Shown piece after piece: positions 40,926-49,804 of a stretch of 64,000 bases of DNA. The notes below the pieces were generated by a model. That model ran no database searches. It was not told the origin of the DNA and saw only the letters and a program-made list of their open reading frames with translations. Every line of letters starts with the position of its first letter. Positions within the stretch are counted from its first letter, which is position 1. The DNA is taken from assembly GCA_038108555.1 (NCBI GenBank), contig JAYNIA010000001.1, positions 70,427 through 134,426 of the forward strand, in the 5' to 3' direction. The DNA is from Nitrospinota bacterium (lineage in GTDB: Bacteria > Nitrospinota > Nitrospinia > Nitrospinales > VA-1). A program made the translations under genes and the position numbers.

Positions 40926-41450
40926 ATGAATAAATTTGCATTTATTATTTCATTTTTCCTTTTCCTATTTAATGCATCGATTGCACTGGCGGATGAAGGA
41001 CACAAACCCTATGTCGGTTCGGAAGCCTTTGAAAGAATGAAACGACTTAAAGGGAACTGGGAAGGGTCTGCCGATTTTGGACAAGGAATGCAAAAGATCA
41101 AAGCCCATTATAAAGTGACTTCTGCCGATAGTGCTGTCATTGAAACTTTTCACGCGGGCACACCTCATGAAATGGTTTCAATTTATCATGACAATAAAAA
41201 CCGGGAACTCACAATGACCCATTACTGCGCAGAACACAACCAACCCAGACTGGTTCTAAAAGAATGGAACCAGAACAAACTGAGTATGGACCTGTCTTCA
41301 AATAACGAAATCGATGTTGCCCATGAAAGCCATATTCACGCGGCGAAAATCCAGTTTGACGGGGAAGATCGAATGACCCATCATTGGACCAGTTTTCAAA
41401 AAGGCAAAAAAGCACAGGTGGTAAAAATAGTTTTTGAAAGAATAAAGTAA
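40926..41450 (+). CDS. Exported hypothetical protein
   Basis: Signal peptide (ALA), GGAG RBS, EMVSIYH..MTHYCAEHNQPR pattern. Confidence 0.75.
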   Translation: MNKFAFIISFFLFLFNASIALADEGHKPYVGSEAFERMKRLKGNWEGSADFGQGMQKIKAHYKVTSADSAVIETFHAGTPHEMVSIYHDNKNRELTMTHYCAEHNQPRLVLKEWNQNKLSMDLSSNNEIDVAHESHIHAAKIQFDGEDRMTHHWTSFQKGKKAQVVKIVFERIK

Positions 41451-41456
41451 CTGCTA

Positions 41457-41999
41457 TCAGGTAGAAGGTTTTTTAGGCGGGGCACTGGTGTGACATTGCG
41501 CTTCGAGTTCTTCCATGTTTACATCAGAGGTGTCAACCGTATCTATATTAAACTCGCAATCCTTGGCTTTAATAAAAACATCCCCATCCGAGTCAACTTT
41601 CAAAACAATCGGATTGGCTACATGCTTTCCTATCGCTGAAAATTTTTCTTTCTTTTTTGTGGTTACAGTGACTTTGATATCGCTGGCGTCTGAATTATAA
41701 AGGGTATCCACCACTTGCTGAGTACAGGGATACTGGTTTCCCTTTTGATACCAGTACACCGTGCAGCCTAAATATATCTGATCCAGAACACCGACTACGG
41801 AGGGGACAGTTTTACTGCTGTCGGCTTTGTTATCGTCTTTGGGAAATGCCGCCCAGGTAAGTGCCACCAAAGCAACGATCGCGGAAATTACTGCAACGGA
41901 CGAATTTTTCTTTTTTTTCGGGGCTTTTACAGGCGCTGTCTTCGACTTTTTTTTCCTGCGTCTTCTTGGAGTTTCCTCGTCTCTTTCTCTTCGCGCCAT
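41457..41999 (-). CDS. Single-TM hypothetical protein with basic N-terminus
   Basis: ATG at 41999 (MARRERDEETPRRRRKKK), TM helix, four cysteines in the soluble part. Confidence 0.65.
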   Translation of the reverse strand: MARRERDEETPRRRRKKKSKTAPVKAPKKKKNSSVAVISAIVALVALTWAAFPKDDNKADSSKTVPSVVGVLDQIYLGCTVYWYQKGNQYPCTQQVVDTLYNSDASDIKVTVTTKKKEKFSAIGKHVANPIVLKVDSDGDVFIKAKDCEFNIDTVDTSDVNMEELEAQCHTSAPPKKPST

Positions 42000-42123
42000 T
42001 GTCAAAAACCTGTAAGAAAATAAAGTGCAGGGGCAATTCGAACCCAACAATGGCCAGATCCTCCCCGATAGAATCTATTTTATAGTATTTTTCTAAAATT
42101 TTGAAATGGAGGGTTTTTCGCCT

Positions 42124-42600
42124 TTAAAAGCGGGCCAGCCAGATTCCCAAAAAGAGGGCGATGGTCATTAGCGCCAGTGCCATACGACTTAGACCGATCA
42201 TCTTTTTTAGCGTTTCTGGAACAAGGGATTTGTTTTTGGGATTGAGGTCAAGATCTGAAATTTGGGTCCGCAATGAAAATGTCAGGTACATACTTACGAA
42301 AAAAGCCCCCGCCACAAAAACCATTTTAATCCCAAATAGATTGTAATAGCCCGGCTTGAGTCCTGTCTGTGCGGTGTAATTCACCAGAAGAAAATAAACT
42401 CCCGTTCCCACAAGAACCAGGAGGCTTGCAAACACTGTGGGTGCCAGGTGATCCAGAATTTTATAGGAGGGAGAATCTTCGTTACGCTCCTTCTGATTTT
42501 TTTCTGCCGCAGGGAGAAAAACCAGCAAGGTATAAACAGACCCCCCGATAGCAACTACCGCTGCCATCAGATGTAAAAAAATAATGAAATTGTTTTGCAT
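42124..42600 (-). CDS. Four-TM membrane protein (CopD/DUF4149-like)
   Basis: FLHLMAAVVAIGGS, VGTG, IKMVFV; GGAGG-like context not assessed. Confidence 0.65.
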   Translation of the reverse strand: MQNNFIIFLHLMAAVVAIGGSVYTLLVFLPAAEKNQKERNEDSPSYKILDHLAPTVFASLLVLVGTGVYFLLVNYTAQTGLKPGYYNLFGIKMVFVAGAFFVSMYLTFSLRTQISDLDLNPKNKSLVPETLKKMIGLSRMALALMTIALFLGIWLARF

Positions 42601-42612
42601 GGTTGGAGGTTT

Positions 42613-44127
42613 TTAGCGACCTTTCTCAAGGTAATTCAACAACAATCGAACTCCAAATCCTGAGGCTCCTTTACTGGTGTAGGGCCTGTCGAATCCCCAT
42701 GCAGTACCCGCTATATCGATGTGGGTCCAGGGTTGCTCCCCTGCAAATGGCTTAAGGAACGCAGCACCCATAATCGTTCCCGCCCCTACTCCCGGACTGG
42801 CAATATTTTTTAGATCGGCAATATCGCTTTTAGTGGCTTTTTCATATTCCGGCCAGAGGGGAAGCTCCCAGACCCGCTCTCCCGTAGCCTCTCCCGATGC
42901 TATTAATTTTTGAATCATTGCAGAATTATTGCCGACCACTGCAGCGGCATGATGGCCCAGGGCATGCAACACTGATCCCGTTAGGGTTGCCAGATCGATC
43001 ACTTCTTTCGGTTTAAACCGTTGCGCATATGAAAGAGCATCGGCAAGAACCAGCCTACCTTCAGCATCGGTGTTTAAAACTTCAATGGTTTTACCCGACA
43101 TGCTCGTTAAAATATCACCGGGTTTTGTGGCGCGTCCACTCGGCATATTTTCTGCCGCAGCAACAATCCCGATCACGTTGGCCTTGAGCTTCAGGTTGGA
43201 AACCAGTTGCAAGGTTGCCAGGGTGGTTGCGGCACCGGACATATCCATCTTCATCTCGTCCATACCCGCTCCGGGTTTAAGAGAAATTCCTCCGGTATCA
43301 AAGGTGATGCCTTTACCCACAATCACGGACGGAGCTTTCGATTTGGCAGCCCCTTTGTATTCGAGGATAATGAGCGCCGGGGGTTGATCACTTCCCCTTG
43401 AGACACCCAGCAGGGAACCCATACCCAGCTTTTCCATTTCCTTTTGGCCGAGAACTTTGCAGGAGATTTTATTTTTTCGCGCCATTTTCCTTGCATGGTC
43501 AGCCAGGTAAGTCGGAGTCGCAGTATTGCCCGGATGGGAGATCAGGTCACGTGCGGTGTGCACCGCGTCGATTATTTTTTCTGCACGCGAAATGGCTTTC
43601 TCCACCGATGCCTGCCGTGATTTGGATGAGACCAACAGCGTCAGTTTTTCTGTTCGGATGGGGGGATCGTCTTTTTCGTCTTTGGATTTATAGTCATCGA
43701 AATGATAAAGCGCCAGTCCGGCACCTTCAGCCAATGCCCCGGCCAATTCACCAAACAGCCCGCTCTTACCTTTGGACACGGTTTCGAAAACAGAAAGATC
43801 TGCCGAGATGGATTTGAACTTAGATTGCTCCGCCAGCTTGGCAGCGGTTCCACCCGCCCCACAAATTTTTTCCGCAGTTACATCCTTGGATTTACCTATT
43901 CCCACCAGGAGCAAGTGGGATGCACTTCCCGGACTGTTGAGCAGTAAAGTCTGCCCAGGTTTACCGGCAAACCTTTTGTTTTCAAATGCATCGCTAATAG
44001 CGCCGGAAAGTTCATCGTTGAACTTCTTAAGTGCTCCAGAAGGTTTCTTTTCTTCCAGACAAGGCAGAATCAGGCATTCGGTTTTATGTTCGAGGGATTG
44101 ATCTATCTTCTGGTTTATTTTTATCAT
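42613..44127 (-). CDS. pepA: Leucyl aminopeptidase (M17)
   Basis: GKGITFDTGG, MKMDMSG, NTDAEGRL, HIDIAG; likely start ATG 44127. Confidence 0.95.
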   Translation of the reverse strand: MIKINQKIDQSLEHKTECLILPCLEEKKPSGALKKFNDELSGAISDAFENKRFAGKPGQTLLLNSPGSASHLLLVGIGKSKDVTAEKICGAGGTAAKLAEQSKFKSISADLSVFETVSKGKSGLFGELAGALAEGAGLALYHFDDYKSKDEKDDPPIRTEKLTLLVSSKSRQASVEKAISRAEKIIDAVHTARDLISHPGNTATPTYLADHARKMARKNKISCKVLGQKEMEKLGMGSLLGVSRGSDQPPALIILEYKGAAKSKAPSVIVGKGITFDTGGISLKPGAGMDEMKMDMSGAATTLATLQLVSNLKLKANVIGIVAAAENMPSGRATKPGDILTSMSGKTIEVLNTDAEGRLVLADALSYAQRFKPKEVIDLATLTGSVLHALGHHAAAVVGNNSAMIQKLIASGEATGERVWELPLWPEYEKATKSDIADLKNIASPGVGAGTIMGAAFLKPFAGEQPWTHIDIAGTAWGFDRPYTSKGASGFGVRLLLNYLEKGR

Positions 44128-44438
44128 GTTCGCCTTTAAGCAAGATGGATTAGGTTTAAAGAATGAGTTTATAGTTATGACCTTTTTCAATCAACCCGAA
44201 ATTTGGACTACCCGTAGCCGTGAGCTCGTTTGCAATCAATGTTGGCCCTATTTGCTGAAATTGGACAGGATAACAGCTTTTTTCAGGTAATTTTCACCCT
44301 GTAATTTCAATAATTTCCACTTCAAAGCAGCCTTTTGAGCCCTTGCTGGGGTGGCCGAGAGCAAATCGTCTAGAAGGTTGTAAATAGGGGCCTTAAATAA
44401 GAGTCCAAAACCTTTAAAAATCAGGGCCTGTGGAAATA

Positions 44439-44467
44439 TTGACAATCGGCAGGACGATCACTAGAAT
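44439..44467 (+). promoter_or_regulatory. Near-consensus sigma70 promoter for the NuoF/HydB-like gene
   Basis: TTGACA (44439-44444), 17 nt, TAGAAT (44462-44467). Confidence 0.7.
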
Positions 44468-44586
44468 GGCTGGAATTTTCAGCAGAATTATGAGAAATTG
44501 TAGCTCTCGAAAGCTGTGCATTTTGCAGCGGACCGAGTTTTCTAATACTTTAAATTTTTCAATTTTCGAATAGCAGGAGATCGTCC

Positions 44587-46419
44587 ATGGAAGTTGTAGA
44601 AGACCAACAAGATCAGGCAGTCGCTGCAGAACAGGGTCAGATAAAAATAACCGTTTGTAAGAGCCTGAGTGGTATCGCCGAAGGCGCCGAAGAGGTCTAT
44701 GCAGAGTTTGAAAAACAAATCTCCGAAATGAAGGCCAACGCAACTTTAGGTGATAAAAATTGTCAAATGGCCCAGGTGGGTTGTCGCGGATATTGCAGCC
44801 GTGACGTGCTGGTCGATGTTTATGTTCCCGGTGAAGATCGGGTCACTTACGAAAAAGTCAAGCCTGCAATGGTCAAAAACATTTTAAACGACCATATCGT
44901 AGGTGGGAAACCCTTCAAAAAAGCAGCGGCCAAACCAGACTATTACGAAACTCTGGATATGCAAACCCGTGTTGCCCTGGCACACGGCGGATCGATCGAT
45001 CCCGAAAACATTGATGATTACATCAAAGTGGGTGGATATGAGTCCCTTAAAAAAGTCCTCTCCACTATGAAACCTGAAGAGGTCATTGCAGAGGTTAAAA
45101 AATCAGGTCTACGCGGAAAAGGCGGCGGTGGATTTGTTACCGCCAACAAATGGGAAAAAGCCCGCAACGCTCCAACCGATGAAAATGGCACTCGCTATAT
45201 CATGGTTAATGGAGATGAGGGAAACCCCGCATCTTATATGGACCGTAGCGTCATGGAAGGTGCATCGCATCAGGTACTGGAGGGACTAATCATCGGTGCT
45301 TATGCCATTGGCGCAACCGAAGCCATTATCTATACCCGTTCCGACTACGCCATTGCGGTAAAAAGACTGAATATGGCCATCGAAGCAGCAAAAGAAAGAG
45401 GATTCCTCGGTGACAATATTCTCGGCTCGGGATTCGGTATCAACGTACGCGTCCACGAAGGTCTGGAAGCTTTTATCGGTGGTGAATCCACCGCATTGAT
45501 GCAATCGGTGGAAGGCAAACGTCCCTTCCCGAAAGCGCAACCTCCACAATCTTGTGAAAAAGGGTTGTGGGGAAAACCCACCGTGTTGAACAACGCAGAA
45601 ACCTGGGCAACGGTTCCTAAAATTATTGAAAAAGGTGCCGACTGGTACGCTGGCATGGGTAACGACAATGCCAACGGTTGTAAGATCTGGGCGATTTCCG
45701 GAAACATCAAATACAACGGCTTGATGGAACTGGATATGAAAACCACCTTCCGCGAAGCCATTGACGATTACTGCGGCGGTATCCAGAAGAAAAAAGATCT
45801 CAAAGTGGTTCATGTAGGGGGTGTCACCGGCGGATTCCTTCCTCCGGAAAAAGCGGACACTCCAACCGACTATGAAAGTCTGTTGGAAGCGGGTGTTTTG
45901 ATGGGACAAGCCAGTTTCGCGGCTTACGATGAATCGGCCTGTGTGATCGACCTCGCAAAATTCTCCATCGGATTCAACGAAGGCGAAACCTGTGGCAAAT
46001 GCACACCGTGTCGAATCGGCCTCACCCTAATCCGGCAAAAACTGGATGACATTTCTGAAGGTCGTGGAAAGATGGAAGATCTTGATAAGCTCCAACAGCT
46101 TTGTGAAGAGATAAGCATGTCCTCACTCTGCGGATTGGGCGAAACGGCTCCGAAAGCGATTCTGACCGGACTGAAATATTTCCGCAAAGAATACGAAAGA
46201 CACATCGTCGATCAGGTTTGTGATGCGGCACGGTGCACGGGACTCTACCGCTACGTTGTTAAAGAAGAAGATTGTGTGGCCTGTGGAGCCTGCATCAAAC
46301 CTTGTCCTACAGGCGCAATCACCGGTGGAACGCGAAAGGTGGCAGCACACATCGATATGGACCTGTGTATCAACTGCAACGCCTGCTACCAGGCTTGTGG
46401 ATTCCTGGCCATCGCCTAA
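44587..46419 (+). CDS. NuoF/HydB-type NAD(P)H-binding FMN Fe-S protein with C-terminal 2[4Fe-4S] domain
   Basis: SGLRGKGGGGF, NGDEG, NNAET, ETCGKCTPCR...SLCGLG, CVACGACIKPCP, CINCNACYQAC; AGGAG RBS. Confidence 0.9.
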   Translation: MEVVEDQQDQAVAAEQGQIKITVCKSLSGIAEGAEEVYAEFEKQISEMKANATLGDKNCQMAQVGCRGYCSRDVLVDVYVPGEDRVTYEKVKPAMVKNILNDHIVGGKPFKKAAAKPDYYETLDMQTRVALAHGGSIDPENIDDYIKVGGYESLKKVLSTMKPEEVIAEVKKSGLRGKGGGGFVTANKWEKARNAPTDENGTRYIMVNGDEGNPASYMDRSVMEGASHQVLEGLIIGAYAIGATEAIIYTRSDYAIAVKRLNMAIEAAKERGFLGDNILGSGFGINVRVHEGLEAFIGGESTALMQSVEGKRPFPKAQPPQSCEKGLWGKPTVLNNAETWATVPKIIEKGADWYAGMGNDNANGCKIWAISGNIKYNGLMELDMKTTFREAIDDYCGGIQKKKDLKVVHVGGVTGGFLPPEKADTPTDYESLLEAGVLMGQASFAAYDESACVIDLAKFSIGFNEGETCGKCTPCRIGLTLIRQKLDDISEGRGKMEDLDKLQQLCEEISMSSLCGLGETAPKAILTGLKYFRKEYERHIVDQVCDAARCTGLYRYVVKEEDCVACGACIKPCPTGAITGGTRKVAAHIDMDLCINCNACYQACGFLAIA

Positions 46420-46436
46420 ATTAAACTCGTTATTTC

Positions 46437-46470
46437 AAGCCCACAAGGGAAATCCCTTGTGGGCTTTTTT
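46437..46470 (+). terminator. Rho-independent terminator
   Basis: AAGCCCACAAGGGA-AA-TCCCTTGTGGGCTT followed by TTTT. Confidence 0.88.
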
Positions 46471-46512
46471 ATTTCCCATCCTGGTAAACCTTTTAATTAA
46501 ACTTGAGGTGTA

Positions 46513-46578
46513 TGCTTGACAGGCTCAGCATGACAAATTAAGAGCCAAGAAAACGTCATCCTGAGTTTATCGAAGGAT
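46513..46578. repeat. REP-like inverted repeat pair
   Basis: CTTGACAGGCTCAGCATGAC ... GTCATCCTGAGTTTATCGAAG imperfect inverted arms. Confidence 0.6.
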
Positions 46579-46637
46579 TAAAGGTCTCTTTTTAATCCCA
46601 ACCGTGATCCTTTATTTTCCCAATAAAAGCATTTAGA

Positions 46638-47807
46638 ATGCAGACAATGAAAATCGCGATCATTCATGACTGGTTGACCGGAATGCGGGGCGGGGAAAAA
46701 TGCCTCGAGGTTTTATGCAAACTTTATCCTGAAGCAGACCTGTTCACCCTCCTCCATTTACCTGGTAAAGTTTCACCGGTGATCGAATCGCACCGCATAC
46801 ATACTTCGTTTATTCAGAACCTGCCTTTCGCCGAGTCCAAATATCGCTACTACCTTCCGCTCATGCCGTTTGCGATTGAGACTTTCGATTTAAAAGATTA
46901 CGACCTGATACTGAGCAGCAGCCATTGCGTAGCCAAAAGCGTCAAACCGGGTCCTCGAAGCCTGCATATCTGCTATTGCCATACCCCCATGCGTTATATC
47001 TGGGACCAGTTCGACCAGTACTTCGGACCGGGGAAATCCAGTTGGATTGCAGCAACCGCAATGAAATTCATCCGTGGGTGGTTGCAACGATGGGATGCAA
47101 AGACCAGCCGCAGGGTCACGCATTTCATTGCCAACTCGGCGCACGTCTTGAAACGAATCAAAAAATATTACGGCAAAGAAGCAACGGTGATTCATCCTCC
47201 CGTCGATACCGAACTGTTCACCCCGGACGAAGCAGATGTTAAGCGAGAATACTTTTTGATCGTTTCCGCATTTGCTCCCTACAAACGGCTCGACCTGGCG
47301 GTGGAAGCCTTCAACCAACTCGGCCTGCCGTTTTATGTGGTAGGACAAGGACAGGATGAAAAGCGATTGAAAGAAATGGCAAAGTCGAATATCAAATTTG
47401 AGGGCTGGCTGAATAATGACCAGATCCGCAACCATTTTTCAAAGTGTCGGGCGTTTGTGTTTTGCGGCGAAGAAGATTTTGGAATCACTTTATTGGAAGC
47501 GCAGGCGATGGGACGCCCAGTGATCGCCTATGGTTGCGGAGGAGCATTGGAAACCGTTATCCCTGACAGTCAGAGCTGGCGACCGGAGACTGGAATTCCC
47601 CAGGATGCCACGTCCCAACCCACGGGGGTATTCTTTTACGAGCAGACACCCGAAGCATTGAAAAATGCCATCCAGCATTTTGAAGCCATCGAATCCCAGT
47701 TCGATGCCAATGCCATCCGCAAACACGCCCAGCAATTCGACCTGTCTGTTTATACCGAACGCATGAAATCCTTCATCGAAGAAAAACTTGCGGGCCACGC
47801 CCGCTAG
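46638..47807 (+). CDS. Glycosyltransferase family 4
   Basis: HDWLTGMRGGEK, YCHTPMRY, EEDFGITLLEAQAMG. Confidence 0.92.
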   Translation: MQTMKIAIIHDWLTGMRGGEKCLEVLCKLYPEADLFTLLHLPGKVSPVIESHRIHTSFIQNLPFAESKYRYYLPLMPFAIETFDLKDYDLILSSSHCVAKSVKPGPRSLHICYCHTPMRYIWDQFDQYFGPGKSSWIAATAMKFIRGWLQRWDAKTSRRVTHFIANSAHVLKRIKKYYGKEATVIHPPVDTELFTPDEADVKREYFLIVSAFAPYKRLDLAVEAFNQLGLPFYVVGQGQDEKRLKEMAKSNIKFEGWLNNDQIRNHFSKCRAFVFCGEEDFGITLLEAQAMGRPVIAYGCGGALETVIPDSQSWRPETGIPQDATSQPTGVFFYEQTPEALKNAIQHFEAIESQFDANAIRKHAQQFDLSVYTERMKSFIEEKLAGHAR

Positions 47808-47906
47808 CGTTACGCTCGATTAATCGAGGAAAAACTGCACAGTTTGGGTGATCAGTCCACAGTGGCACTTAACTCTTCAAGCAAACAAAATATTTCCCGA
47901 CCAAAC

Positions 47907-48857
47907 TCAGAACAGGCTTTTAAAAGGGGTGGAGTCCAGCAAATCTTTTGGTTCCATTTTTTTCTCCGCAGGTTGTGATGTTTCTTCTTTAGACTGCGCC
48001 TTACCCGTCAACAACCCTCTGATAATTTCAAGAATTTCAACCTGCAATTCATCCGTAGCTGGTAAATCCACATGCCCCACATCAGATGAGGACTCCCGTT
48101 GATCACATTTAATCGTTGCACTGCATTTATTAAATGAACCACTCTTTCGATAGTCAAAAGGGAAGATCTTATCGTTCTGCCATCGGTTATAAAAATAACC
48201 CACATTGGCCGGGACTTTTCTTTTTCGATTCATGCTTCGCTGCCCCGCGGGGCCCACGGCATCTATCGCCCCGAGAAACAAAACGTCGTGCTGGAGTTTG
48301 GGTGCTACCTCCATGATAGAGTCGGCTCCAAAACTATGACCGATTAAAATGACCTTCCGGTCTTTGGGTAATCCGTTAACAAATGCAGAAACTTCTTCAA
48401 TAAATTGCGAATCGGTTCCTTTCCTGACTTTCTGCATTACTTTTTCAATGATGTTTGGATTTGCAAGGGAATCTTGAATGTTGGCAAGATTCGAAAAACC
48501 ATCCATCAGGCTTCCGCTACCAGGGGAGGATGCGGCTTCCTAAATGGCCTGTTGCACGTGGGATTGAGGATTTAGGTCAACATTAAAACCCTGATCCATT
48601 CCGGAAAAACTATTCCAGGGAACGGTGTAATCGGAATAAATATCGCCCTTGAGTCCTCTCGCTTTGAGCGCCGGGAACTCAACATCCATTATCCTTAAAC
48701 CATCAATAAGGCGATGCATTCTATTGGCGCAACAATCTCCAAATCCATCCACAAGAATCACAACCGGAGGTTCTGCAGCCTTCGCGACACTCATTTGAAA
48801 AAAAGGGCTATAAAAAACAAAACAGGCAACAATGACACAACGAAGAATTGATCTCAT
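47907..48857 (-). pseudogene. Exported alpha/beta-hydrolase-like gene interrupted by in-frame TAG at 48540-48542
   Basis: ORFs 48540..48857 and 47907..48506 share a frame and are separated only by TAG plus 11 sense codons. Signal peptide and LVDGFG are upstream; the GHSFG nucleophile motif is downstream. Confidence 0.7.
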
Positions 48858-48990
48858 GTTTTCCTCTTTTTTTATTTGGTAAGTTTCTAAATTCTAGCTT
48901 TCTTACGGAATGTTTTCAATATTCCCCAAAACTTGCCGCTTTTCAACCCGAAGCGAAAAAAATCCAGGAAGATGAAGATAATGTGTAGAA

Positions 48991-49143
48991 ATGAATGTCG
49001 GTGATTTAAGAAGCCTTCTCGATTCTTATTCTTTTCAAGTACAGAAGTTCCATGGCGTTGGTTTTCCTTCCAAGGACATGGCGTTTGACGAACAGGTATT
49101 GCGCTGGAACAAACAGGGAAACCATGGGGACATTGGTTTCGGT
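48991..49143 (-). repeat. Decayed copy of the oppA 3' end (direct repeat of 52072..52224)
   Basis: Translates TETNVPMVSLFVPAQYLFVKRHVLGRKTNAMELLYLKRIRIEK versus TETDVPMVPLFVTAQNLLVKPHVRGLKTNAMELLYLKRIRIEK in oppA (35/43 identical by my count). Confidence 0.9.
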
Positions 49144-49222
49144 AGCAAAAAATAAAGATTTGGAGATTGTTCAACAACCCTAAGCGGTCGTCAACAAAAT
49201 ATTTTTTGTCCCCAAAATATAT

Positions 49223-49687
49223 TCAAATCCCTTCCCTCCAATCTCTTTTTGCAAGAAATTTCCCCACAAAATCGACAATAAAATCAATAACTTCTTCAGA
49301 TGAGTTAAAGTTTAAAGAGTTATGACCCAGGATGTTTCCGCTAATAGAAAAGCCTTCTCCAGAAGCATCTGGTTCGATAAACATTTCCCCCTGCATATTT
49401 TCCAAACTTTCCCCAAAACTCAAATATGCAGAGAATTCATGAACCTTCACATGAATACCCTTGTTTTCAGAATAGGTGCGCTTTAATTCGTTTAGGGCAA
49501 ATTTTAATTTAGAGAATTTTTCTGCTAATAATTTTTCATTACTATGTTTTATCCTCTCAGATTTTTCCTGCTCGTCTTTGAGACGGTCTATTTCTTTATT
49601 CTTGGCTAACTCAATTCTTTTTATTATAGAAATATCCTTTTTGTCCACGTCAACCTTACTTTCGTCAGGGTCAATTCTTTTCCCCAT
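49223..49687 (-). CDS. Hypothetical protein (N-terminal coiled coil)
   Basis: 154-aa ORF with a K/E-rich helical N-terminal half; divergent from the ATPase gene. Confidence 0.6.
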   Translation of the reverse strand: MGKRIDPDESKVDVDKKDISIIKRIELAKNKEIDRLKDEQEKSERIKHSNEKLLAEKFSKLKFALNELKRTYSENKGIHVKVHEFSAYLSFGESLENMQGEMFIEPDASGEGFSISGNILGHNSLNFNSSEEVIDFIVDFVGKFLAKRDWREGI

Positions 49688-49804
49688 TGTCTTTTGGTTT
49701 ATCGCTTAGTTTTATCGCCTATTTTCATCCCATTTTATGTTATTTTTATTTACAACTTCAACAAGAGCAAAGCGGGATTAACAACATTAATCAACTAAAA
49801 TATT

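Noticed and set aside
48540..48542. Pyrrolysine or genome-wide TAG recoding
   Set aside because: No pyl genes here, and many intact genes in the window end in TAG.
48887..49177. 96-aa minus-strand ORF
   Set aside because: Off-frame reading across the decayed oppA tail; no support as a gene.
49189..49210. Short palindromes here and at about 52011-52025 as recombinase core sites
   Set aside because: Similarity is too short and weak to support without comparative data.
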